A stretch of 64,000 nucleotides of DNA from Christensenellaceae bacterium. Lineage in GTDB: Bacteria > Bacillota > Clostridia > Christensenellales > CAG-138. The notes under the pieces were generated by a model that made no database searches, was not told the DNA's origin, and was given only the letters and a program-made list of their open reading frames with translations. Location: assembly GCA_963674775.2 (NCBI GenBank), contig CAXXPJ010000003.1, positions 1,585,733-1,649,732 on the forward strand, given 5' to 3'. Both the position numbers and the translations under genes were made by a program. Positions 45,361-54,800 of this stretch are shown here, piece after piece. The stretch's first letter is position 1, and each line of letters starts with the position of its first letter.

Positions 45361-47862
45361 ATGTATACGTTCATGAGAAAAACGAATATTCGAAACCGGA
45401 TCACGGCTCTTGCGGCCGCGCTTTTACTGCTGGGCGGAATGCTCCCGCTTTCCGCTGCGCATGCCGAAAACGCAGAGATTCAGACGCAGCAGAGCGGGTC
45501 GATGACGGCGGAATGCACGGTGTTGTTTCCGGAAGAACTCTCCGGAAAGGAATACCGCGTCACGGACGGGCTCGTAGAGACCTATCAGTCGTTCAAGAAA
45601 AACGACGCGGTCACCATCGACCTGCCGGAAGGCGCACAGGGGCTGTATCTGCAATGGTATGATGCGACGACACAGTATACGGTGTCGCAGTATGACGCAT
45701 CGGGCACTGCGCTGGCCGAAGAGAACGCGCAGCCCTTTATCAACGCGTTTTACCCGCTGGCTGACGGCACGGTTCGCGTCGTAATCACGATGCTCAACAA
45801 AACGATCCTCTCCACGCTGGCTGTCTACGGCGCGGGCGATCTGCCCGGGGACGTGCAGCTCTGGAGCCCGTCCGGACAGGGAGACCTGCTTCTCGTCGCG
45901 TCCACATCCGTCACCGCACTGGACGATTTCTTCGGCGTGATCGCAACCTATGCCTGCAACTATGATATTCCAACCTCGCTGGTCGTCATGTCCCGCGGGA
46001 CACGCAGCGCGCAGGAAGAGCTGCTCGCCGCACTCTGGAATGTCGGTTATATAAACTATCCGTATTTTGCCGGCTTTGCCAGCGAAAACAACATCTATTA
46101 CAACCAGGTTCGCAACGACTGGGGCAGACGGCCGACGCTGGACTACCTCAGGGATATCTGCGAATTGGTCGCGCCCAAGGTGCTCGTGACGCATCCGGAC
46201 GATGAGACGGCTTTCGACGGCGCGGCGCAGTTCGCCGGGGAGTACACCGCGCGCGTGGCGGGTGAAAACGACGTGCCAAAGCTCTATTTCGTGTCCGAAG
46301 CCGGATCGACCGCGCTGGATGTTTCCGCGCCGCTCAACGGGATGGCAGGGAAGAGCGTTCTGGAGCTTGCCGCGGACGCGTTTACGCTCTGTACCACGCG
46401 GCACGTCTACGAAACCGAACTGATTCCCGCGTCCGCCTTCCTGCTGGAAGAGAGCCTGGTTGGCGAGGACACGGCGGGCAACAACCTCTTTGAAAACATC
46501 GACACGGCTTCGCTGTCCGGCTATGTGGACCCGACGCCCACGCCGCAGCCCACGCCGGAACCAACGCCGGTGCCGACGGAAGAACCAACGCCCGAACCCG
46601 TCGCGATAACGGCCGAGCCGACCGCAGCCGAACCCGAAAACGGCGGGTTGCTCTCCGGGCAGCCGTCTGTGCTGTTCCTCGGTGCGCTTGCCGGAGCGGG
46701 GCTGATTCTTTCCGTCTTTCTGTTGCTCGGCTACGGGCTGAGAAAACGGCGCGGTGCGCGCCGCAACAGAGCCGTTGCGCTATCGCTGATACCGTTTGTC
46801 CTCTGTCTGATCGCCGCAGGAGCGCTGTATTTCTACGGCAGGATGAAAGCATCTATGCCGGAGGAGGTTCAGGAAACACCTGCGCCGACACCGACGGCGA
46901 CCGCGACGCCAACGCCGGAACCAACACCCGAACCGACCGCCACACCAGAACCGGAACCGGTTGCCGCTTCCGCGCGGGACGAGTATTACCGCGCGGCGGA
47001 CGATCCGGCAGAAGTGATTATTACGGACGAGGAAAACGGGCACTGGGAATATCGCACCGATACGCTCTCGATTCTGATCGACCGCGTTGAAACGGAATAT
47101 GTCAACAACGCCGGAAAGACCTATCCGCTCGTCTACTTTATCGCGCATATCCGCATGCGGGACGTCAACAGCTTCGGCACCGTGCAGGCGGCTGCAAACC
47201 GCAACGGCGCGGGCGCGATCAAGCCCTGGATCCTCGCGCGGCGCAATAAATCCGTGCTCATGATCACGGGCGATAATCTGGTTGAGAGCGATTCCCAGTA
47301 TAAGAGCATCCTCATCCGCGAAGGCAAGGTGTTCCTCGACAGCGCAAAGTGCGACGTACTGGCCATGTATCCCGATATGACGATGCGCATCTTCTCTCCG
47401 CGCGAGACGAATGCTTCCGAACTGCTCATGGACGGCGTGCGGGACGCGTTCTCCTTCGGGCCGACGCTGATTCGCGACGGTTCGATTACGGACGAGGACA
47501 TCGACCATACGCGCCGCATCGGCAACGAAACCAACCCGCGCACCGGCCTCGGCATGGTGGAACCGGGGCACTTCGTTGCAATCGTCGTCGACGGCCGCCA
47601 GAAGGAATACAGCTACGGTATGCGGCTCACGGCGTTTCGCGAGCTCTTCATCGAGCAGGGCTGCGTGGAGGCGTATAACCTCGACGGCGGCGTTTCGGCC
47701 TGCATGCTCTTCATGGGCGAGCAGCTCAACCACCACGGCAACACACACGTCGGCACCATTGTGGACACCTATCAGCGCCGCATCCCGGACGGGCTTGTCT
47801 GGGGTTATTCCGAACAGGTGCCGTCCGAGGACGACCCGATCTATAACCGCGGTGAAGGCTGA
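45361..47862 (+). CDS. Paralog of 37325-39802 with the same domain order
   Basis: Signal peptide ..LLLLGGMLPLSAAHA, THPDDE motif, two TM helices at about 46650-46845 flanking RKRRGARRNR, PT linker, C-terminal ..FGPTLIRDG..NPRTGLGM..AYNLDGGVSACMLF. An alternative start is ATG 45373. Confidence 0.8.
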   Translation: MYTFMRKTNIRNRITALAAALLLLGGMLPLSAAHAENAEIQTQQSGSMTAECTVLFPEELSGKEYRVTDGLVETYQSFKKNDAVTIDLPEGAQGLYLQWYDATTQYTVSQYDASGTALAEENAQPFINAFYPLADGTVRVVITMLNKTILSTLAVYGAGDLPGDVQLWSPSGQGDLLLVASTSVTALDDFFGVIATYACNYDIPTSLVVMSRGTRSAQEELLAALWNVGYINYPYFAGFASENNIYYNQVRNDWGRRPTLDYLRDICELVAPKVLVTHPDDETAFDGAAQFAGEYTARVAGENDVPKLYFVSEAGSTALDVSAPLNGMAGKSVLELAADAFTLCTTRHVYETELIPASAFLLEESLVGEDTAGNNLFENIDTASLSGYVDPTPTPQPTPEPTPVPTEEPTPEPVAITAEPTAAEPENGGLLSGQPSVLFLGALAGAGLILSVFLLLGYGLRKRRGARRNRAVALSLIPFVLCLIAAGALYFYGRMKASMPEEVQETPAPTPTATATPTPEPTPEPTATPEPEPVAASARDEYYRAADDPAEVIITDEENGHWEYRTDTLSILIDRVETEYVNNAGKTYPLVYFIAHIRMRDVNSFGTVQAAANRNGAGAIKPWILARRNKSVLMITGDNLVESDSQYKSILIREGKVFLDSAKCDVLAMYPDMTMRIFSPRETNASELLMDGVRDAFSFGPTLIRDGSITDEDIDHTRRIGNETNPRTGLGMVEPGHFVAIVVDGRQKEYSYGMRLTAFRELFIEQGCVEAYNLDGGVSACMLFMGEQLNHHGNTHVGTIVDTYQRRIPDGLVWGYSEQVPSEDDPIYNRGEG

Positions 47863-47883
47863 CGCTCAGACTGAATCAAACAG

Positions 47884-47915
47884 AAAAAACCCCCGCCATT
47901 CGGCGGGGGTTTTTG
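47884..47915. terminator. Bidirectional terminator
   Basis: AAAAAACCCCCGCC-ATTC-GGCGGGGGTTTTT. Confidence 0.85.
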
Positions 47916-47939
47916 GCTGCAAGGTGTATTCAGGAAAAC

Positions 47940-48515
47940 CTACAGTGACCAGACGTCCGGACTCGAGGCGGAGACGGCGAGCGCGCCCGCGTTCAGCGCG
48001 GCGATGACGTCGTCCTTGTCGTGGATGAACCCGCCCGCGATGATGGGGACGTCCATGAGCTGCTTGAGCGTTGCGATCACCTTCGGCAGCAGCCCCGGCA
48101 GAATCTCGACGAAATCCGGCTTGCTCTGCTGGATCTGCTGTTCAAAGCTGTTTAAAGAGCGGGAGTCGAGCATGAACCCGCGCTGGATGGCCGCCATGCC
48201 GAGCTGTTTCGCCCGCTTGATGAGCGCACCGCGTGTGCTGATGATGCCCTCCGCGCCCGTAGCTTTCCAGATGGCGTCAACGGCGATCTCCCTGTTCGAG
48301 AACCCGTCGATCAGGTCGAGATGGATGACGCAGAGCTTGCCGCACATATGCACGCGGCGGGTCAGCTCTCCGATATCGAGCACATTGCCCGTCAGCAGAA
48401 ATACAACGCGGCAGTCGGATTTGAGCGCGAGGGCGAGCTCTTCCTCGTTTCCGGCTGTGGCGATGACGGGATTTGCCTGAAGCTGCTCAAAAAGCAGCTG
48501 TGCGGTCTGATGCAA
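47940..48515 (-). CDS. glpP: Glycerol-3-phosphate-responsive antiterminator
   Basis: G3P_antiterm-like sequence ..NPVIATAGNEEEL...VIHLDLIDG...GIISTR...DFVEILPG. TTG start 48515 lies 6 nt after SD GGAAAGGGGA and gives 191 aa, against 192 aa for B. subtilis GlpP as I recall it. Confidence 0.8.
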   Translation of the reverse strand: MHQTAQLLFEQLQANPVIATAGNEEELALALKSDCRVVFLLTGNVLDIGELTRRVHMCGKLCVIHLDLIDGFSNREIAVDAIWKATGAEGIISTRGALIKRAKQLGMAAIQRGFMLDSRSLNSFEQQIQQSKPDFVEILPGLLPKVIATLKQLMDVPIIAGGFIHDKDDVIAALNAGALAVSASSPDVWSL

Positions 48516-48546
48516 AAGGATTCCCCTTTCCGTTTGGATTGCTAAT

Positions 48547-48575
48547 AGCATATGAAACTTCTGGAAAAAGCGCAA
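48547..48575 (-). promoter_or_regulatory. Candidate glpP promoter TTGCGC-17-TATGCT
   Basis: On the minus strand, -35 is at 48575-48570 and -10 at 48552-48547. Confidence 0.4.
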
Positions 48576-48609
48576 GCGGGAAGAGAAAAAAGTTTTCGTA
48601 AAATCAGGT

Positions 48610-48638
48610 TTGACAGCCGTCATATTTCGGGATATGAT
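48610..48638 (+). promoter_or_regulatory. Near-consensus promoter TTGACA-17-TATGAT, about 170 nt upstream of the Ldh_2 gene
   Basis: TTGACA 48610-48615, TATGAT 48633-48638. Confidence 0.6.
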
Positions 48639-48811
48639 AATTGTGTACAAAAGTTCCATTGAGATTTGGAGTTTGGGGCGGCGCACAGGATTATTTGCGT
48701 ATGCTCCTTTTTTCATGCCAACTTTCCGGGATGCGTTCTGAAATAAGGAAATACGGCGCAGATAAGCCAAAATACAGTTTCATAAAACATCATACAGGAG
48801 GAGATTGAGCA

Positions 48812-49924
48812 ATGGAAGAAACAAGACCGTATATCCCTTGGGAAATGATTCAAGGCTTTATGATCGACAGCTTCGTGGCCTATGGCGTACCGCTGGAGGA
48901 CGCGAAGATCTGCACCGACGTACTGCTCGAGAGCGACCGCCGCGGCATTGAGAGCCATGGCTGCAACCGCTTTAAACCCATCTATCTCGACCGCATCGAA
49001 AAAGGCATTCTCTACCCCGTCACCGAGTACGAGGTGGTCAAGGACACACCCACCACGCTGGTTGTGGACGCACACGACGGCATGGGCATGGTCGCCAGTC
49101 ACAAGGCGATGAAGACCATCATCGAGAAAGCGAAGAAATACGGCATGGCGATGGCCGCCATCCGCAACAGCTCGCACTACGGCATCGCGGGCTACTGGAC
49201 CAGCATGGCCGTCAATGAAGGCCTCATCGGCATCTCCGGCACAAACGCGCGGCCTTCCATCGCGCCGACGTTCGGCGTTGAAAACATGCTCGGCACCAAC
49301 CCGATGACCTTCGGGCTGCCGACGGACGAGGACTTCCCCTTCACGCTGGACTGCGCAACGAGCATCAGCCAGCGCGGCAAGATCGAGTTCTATGCGCGCA
49401 GTGGCAAGGATACGCCTGCGGGCATGGTCATCGGCCGCGACGGCAGCGCCATGACGGACAGCCCCGCCATTCTCAAAGGGTTGACGAACGGCACCGCCGC
49501 CCTCGCGCCGCTCGGCGGCATTGGCGAGGAACTCGCGGGTTACAAGGGCTATGGTTATGCAACCGTGGTGGAAATTTTCTCCGCAGCGCTGCAGGCGGGT
49601 AGCTTCCTCAAGATGTGCGTCGATCACGACGAAAACGGCAACAAGAAACCGTATCACCTCGGCCATTTCTTCATCGTGATCGATCCCGAGGCGTTCTGCG
49701 GGCTGGAGACGTTTAAAAAGATCGCGGGCGATATCCTGCGCGAACTCCGCGCCTCCCAGAAAGCGCCGGGACAGGAGCGCATCTACACCGCCGGTGAAAA
49801 GGAATGGGACGTCTGGCAGATTCGCAAGGACAAGGGCGTGCCGGTCGGCGAAGCCGTGCAGAAGGAGTTCATCGCCATCCGCGACAAGAAAAATCTGCCC
49901 TATAAGTTCCCGTTTGAACAGTAA
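48812..49924 (+). CDS. Ldh_2-family (type-2 malate/L-lactate dehydrogenase-like) oxidoreductase
   Basis: ..LLESDRRGIESHGCNRF...SSHYGIAGYW.. SD AGGAGGAG. Confidence 0.85.
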   Translation: MEETRPYIPWEMIQGFMIDSFVAYGVPLEDAKICTDVLLESDRRGIESHGCNRFKPIYLDRIEKGILYPVTEYEVVKDTPTTLVVDAHDGMGMVASHKAMKTIIEKAKKYGMAMAAIRNSSHYGIAGYWTSMAVNEGLIGISGTNARPSIAPTFGVENMLGTNPMTFGLPTDEDFPFTLDCATSISQRGKIEFYARSGKDTPAGMVIGRDGSAMTDSPAILKGLTNGTAALAPLGGIGEELAGYKGYGYATVVEIFSAALQAGSFLKMCVDHDENGNKKPYHLGHFFIVIDPEAFCGLETFKKIAGDILRELRASQKAPGQERIYTAGEKEWDVWQIRKDKGVPVGEAVQKEFIAIRDKKNLPYKFPFEQ

Positions 49925-49957
49925 CAGCTACGATTTTGAATAAGGAGAATCGCATCT

Positions 49958-51133
<1,176 letters not shown>

Positions 51134-51352
51134 ACAAAAAGCGAATCTCAAGCAAGGCGGTTTCCGGTTTCAGCGGAAACCGTCTTTTCGGTTTTGAAAA
51201 AAAGTGCGAATATTGGGGATTTTTTCTTTTTGGATGACATTTATGGGATAACCCGATATAATTTTGAAAAGAACAGTACGGACAATACAAATACGTTTCA
51301 CCGGCGGTTACAGCGAATCACACCGGCGAAGCGGGAGAGGGAGATCAGGTTG

Positions 51353-53242
51353 ATGCGAAACGAAACCACCAGGACGTTCTTTTCCGAACTGGCGCGCTAT
51401 TTCGGATTTCCGCTCTTTGCGGTGGTCGTTGTCGTCATTGCGTTTTTCGCTACAAACAGACAGATTGAAGCAGAAATTCATAATGGTACGTTCCAGATTT
51501 TGCAGGATTCTTCGAGAACCCAGCGAAACGAACTGGAGCGGTACGTCGACCGGTTGACCACTCGCGTCAGACTCATTGCCGTGCATGACAGCGAGCTCGG
51601 ACCGTCCGTGATATGCGCCGCATTGCGTGACGAGATGCGGGGCATCGCCACCGATGTCCGGGTCGGCTATGCAAACAAAAACGGACTGCTGCTCTTTGGC
51701 GAAAATAACGGGATCATCGTTAGGAACGAAGACTGGTTCAACAAAAGCATCGGCGGGAAAAGCGCTGTTGTCACTGCCTCGTTTGATGAGGACGGCGGCC
51801 CGGCGAATCTGCGTATCTCCACGCGTGTGCAGCCGGAGAACGGATCGACCGGCGTGTTGTTTGCGACGCTGGGCGGCAACAACTTCGCCAAGTTGCTGGA
51901 TACGCAGGCATATCAGGGCGCGGCCTTTTCGGCTGTCATCGACTCAGAGGGGACCGTGCTGTTTACGGAGGGAAAAGAGTCCTTGCTGATATCCGGCGCA
52001 AGTGTGTTCGACGTGGTCAACGACCAGACGCTGGATCCGGAATATTCGATTGCGGAACTGAAAAACGAGCTTGGCGATAATAAGATTATCGAGACCCATT
52101 TTACCTATGACGCGGAGTCGTATCACGCCGTGAGCATCAAGGTTCATGTGAGCGACTGGTATGTCGTTACCTTCGTGCCCGGCAGCGCGGCGGACTATAT
52201 TCAGCGGCAGGTCAGCATTTACCAGCTGGGAATGCTGTTTATCATGCTGGTTGTTGGCATCTCGCTCTCGATACAGTCCTATCTGCATGAGCGCGCAACC
52301 ATTCAGAAACTGGAAAACGACAAGGACCTGCTGCAGCAGAGCGCGCAGCGCTATCAGCTGATTACGCGGCTTTCTAACGAGGTGTTCTTCTATATCGACC
52401 TGCAGACCGGTAATGTTTCGTTTAACGAAAACTTCGAAATCATGTTTGGCTTCCCGCCGCCGGTTTGTTCAATCGGCGACACAAGCGGTTGTATTTCTCT
52501 CTTTAAGGAAGAAGACAGGGCCTGTTTCGAAACGGTTGTAAAAGGGCTTCTTGACGGCGCGACCGAAGCCATCAAGGAAGTGCGCATGATCGACGCGCAC
52601 GGGCTGGCCCGCTGGAAGCGAATCGAGATCTTCGCCGTGTTCGGCCAGGACGGGAAAGCGGTGGAGTTTGTCGGAAAAATCGCCGACATCCACCACCAGA
52701 AAAAATCCATGCAAAAGCTGATCCGTCAGGCGGACAGCGATCCGCTGACGAGGCTGCTCAACCGCGGCGCGCTGGAGCGAAGCGTGAAGACATTCCTGTC
52801 TGGAGAAGGGAAACAAGGCAGACACGCGCTCCTGTTTCTCGACTTCGACCGGTTCAAGCAGGTCAACGATACGCTCGGGCACGCGATTGGAGATGAGTTG
52901 CTGGTAGACTTTGCCGAAGGGATGCGGCGGCTGTTCCGCGCGGGAGATTTCCTCTCGCGCACCGGCGGTGACGAATACGTTGTGTTCGTGAAAAACATCG
53001 CACAGGACGATGTTGCATACGAAAAGGCGACGGCGCTCGGCGAGGAGATGGAACAGCTCAGCCGAAAGGTCGGGCTGCCGGTATCGGTCAGCGTCGGCAT
53101 CGCGATTTACGATCGGGACGGCGAAACGTTTGAACAGCTCTATAAAGCCGCCGACAAAGCGCTCTATCGCGTGAAACAACAGGGTAAAAACGCCATTGCG
53201 TTTTACTCCGAGCCTGAAAAAACCGGGCCGGATGAAATATAA
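51353..53242 (+). CDS. Sensor diguanylate cyclase (TM, periplasmic sensor, TM, PAS-like, GGDEF)
   Basis: GGDEY active-site motif with RAGD five residues upstream (I-site spacing). Two TM helices flank a roughly 270-aa external domain. The start at ATG 51353 follows a purine-rich SD. Confidence 0.85.
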   Translation: MRNETTRTFFSELARYFGFPLFAVVVVVIAFFATNRQIEAEIHNGTFQILQDSSRTQRNELERYVDRLTTRVRLIAVHDSELGPSVICAALRDEMRGIATDVRVGYANKNGLLLFGENNGIIVRNEDWFNKSIGGKSAVVTASFDEDGGPANLRISTRVQPENGSTGVLFATLGGNNFAKLLDTQAYQGAAFSAVIDSEGTVLFTEGKESLLISGASVFDVVNDQTLDPEYSIAELKNELGDNKIIETHFTYDAESYHAVSIKVHVSDWYVVTFVPGSAADYIQRQVSIYQLGMLFIMLVVGISLSIQSYLHERATIQKLENDKDLLQQSAQRYQLITRLSNEVFFYIDLQTGNVSFNENFEIMFGFPPPVCSIGDTSGCISLFKEEDRACFETVVKGLLDGATEAIKEVRMIDAHGLARWKRIEIFAVFGQDGKAVEFVGKIADIHHQKKSMQKLIRQADSDPLTRLLNRGALERSVKTFLSGEGKQGRHALLFLDFDRFKQVNDTLGHAIGDELLVDFAEGMRRLFRAGDFLSRTGGDEYVVFVKNIAQDDVAYEKATALGEEMEQLSRKVGLPVSVSVGIAIYDRDGETFEQLYKAADKALYRVKQQGKNAIAFYSEPEKTGPDEI

Positions 53243-53328
53243 GAAACCGAAAAAACATACAATCGGAGGACAGAATTACGGAACAGAACGAACAGAACCC
53301 CGCGCAGGAAGCGCAGGCGAAAACGCCG

Positions 53329-53775
53329 GTGAAACTCACGAAGAGGCAGAACTTCATACAAGGCTTCAAGTTTCTGCTGTTCTCCGCCTCGGCGGGCATC
53401 ATCCAGGCGGCGTCATTCACGCTGCTGAACGAGACCATCCGCTGGTCGTATTGGCCGAGCTACCTGATTGCGCTGACGCTCTCGGTGCTCTATAACTTCA
53501 CGATCAACCGCAAGTTTACGTTTAAGTCCGCAAAAAACGTGCCGCTGGCGATGACGCAGATATTTATCTATTATCTGATCTTTACGCCGTTGTCTACCTG
53601 GTGGGGCGAGGCGCTGACGCGCGCGGGATGGAATGAGTATATCGTGCTCTTCGGCACGATGGTGATCAACCTGATCACCGAGTTTTCGGTCTATCGCTTC
53701 ATCGTCTACCGCAACCACATGTTTACCAATAAACAGGGACAGGCGGAACTGGCAAGGATGGAAGCGGAAGAGTAA
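53329..53775 (+). CDS. GtrA-family membrane protein
   Basis: ..FKFLLFSASAGIIQAASFTLL...YNFTINRKFTFKS.. with 4 TM helices. The GTG 53329 start lacks an SD; see the finding on a possible ATT start at 53275. Confidence 0.8.
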   Translation: MKLTKRQNFIQGFKFLLFSASAGIIQAASFTLLNETIRWSYWPSYLIALTLSVLYNFTINRKFTFKSAKNVPLAMTQIFIYYLIFTPLSTWWGEALTRAGWNEYIVLFGTMVINLITEFSVYRFIVYRNHMFTNKQGQAELARMEAEE

Positions 53776-53786
53776 AAGAATCACAC

Positions 53787-53818
53787 AAAAAAGCCTCCGA
53801 GAAATCGGAGGCTTTTTT
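53787..53818 (+). terminator. Intrinsic terminator
   Basis: AAAAAAGCCTCCGA-GAAA-TCGGAGGCTTTTTT. Confidence 0.85.
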
Positions 53819-53895
53819 ATACTATTTTCACTCACTCGGATTCAAAACCTTTGCCATGCAACCTGCTTTTCTCAATTTGAAAAGCAAGCAAATAA

Positions 53896-54759
53896 TTATT
53901 CCATCGGTTTAAAACCTTCGCCGTGTACCTCTGTCGCGTCGGTAACGAAGAGGAACGCCTGCTTGTCGATCTGTTTGATCGACTTGAGCGTTTGCGCAAA
54001 GGTGTTGCGCCGCACGACGAGCATTAACACATGCTTGTCCCGCCGCGTATAGCCGCCGCGCCCCTGCAAAACGGTCACGCCGCGGCCTAAGTCCTCCGCC
54101 AACAAAGCCAAGATATCGTCCCCGCGTTCGGTGACGATGTAGATCACCTTGGCGTGGTCGACGCCCTGCATGATCGCGTCGATGGTGCGCGTCGTGGCGA
54201 AGATGGTCACGATGGAATACAGCGCAACCTCGATATCGCGGAACACGCACACGGCGAACACCACGACCGTCGCGTCCACGATCAGCAGCAGCGAGCCGAC
54301 CGACGTGTTCGGAAAGATGCGGTTTAAGAGCAGGCTGATCAGGTCGGTGCCGCCCGTGGTCGCCCCGCGTACAAAGATCGTGCCCATGCCGACGCCGCAG
54401 AGCACGCCGCCGAGCACGCTCGCCAGTAGCACGTTGTTGGTATACGGCGGCAGAATGCGCAAAAACAGCTCGATAAACCCCGAGAGCAGCAGCGTGGTCA
54501 CGATCGTCTTTGTCAGCGGGCGAAAGCCGAGCTTCCACCAAGCGAGCGCGATGAGCGGCACGTTGAGAATCAGCGTCCAGAAGCCGACCGACACCGGCGA
54601 GACATGCGCCAGCGCGGTCGCCAGGCCGGAAACGCCGCCGGGCGCGATGTTGTTGGGTATGGTAAAGAGCACCAGCCCGGCCGCAACCATTGCGCTGCCG
54701 AACACAAACAGCAGAATATCGAGAGCCCAGACGCGGGCGGACTGTTTTTGTTTCATCAA
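53896..54759 (-). CDS. YitT-family membrane protein (DUF2179 C-terminal domain)
   Basis: ..FTIPNNIAPGGVSGLA.. with 5-6 TM helices and a soluble C-terminal domain. Confidence 0.85.
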   Translation of the reverse strand: MMKQKQSARVWALDILLFVFGSAMVAAGLVLFTIPNNIAPGGVSGLATALAHVSPVSVGFWTLILNVPLIALAWWKLGFRPLTKTIVTTLLLSGFIELFLRILPPYTNNVLLASVLGGVLCGVGMGTIFVRGATTGGTDLISLLLNRIFPNTSVGSLLLIVDATVVVFAVCVFRDIEVALYSIVTIFATTRTIDAIMQGVDHAKVIYIVTERGDDILALLAEDLGRGVTVLQGRGGYTRRDKHVLMLVVRRNTFAQTLKSIKQIDKQAFLFVTDATEVHGEGFKPME

Positions 54760-54800
54760 GACCTCACGTGCAAATAACGCGCTGTATTAACCCTTATGAA

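Noticed and set aside
47940-48770. The long 276-aa version of the glpP ORF from the ORF track
   Set aside because: The extra ~85 N-terminal residues have no GlpP similarity. The extension contains the divergent near-consensus promoter. A strong SD plus TTG at 48515 gives a 191-aa protein of canonical GlpP length.
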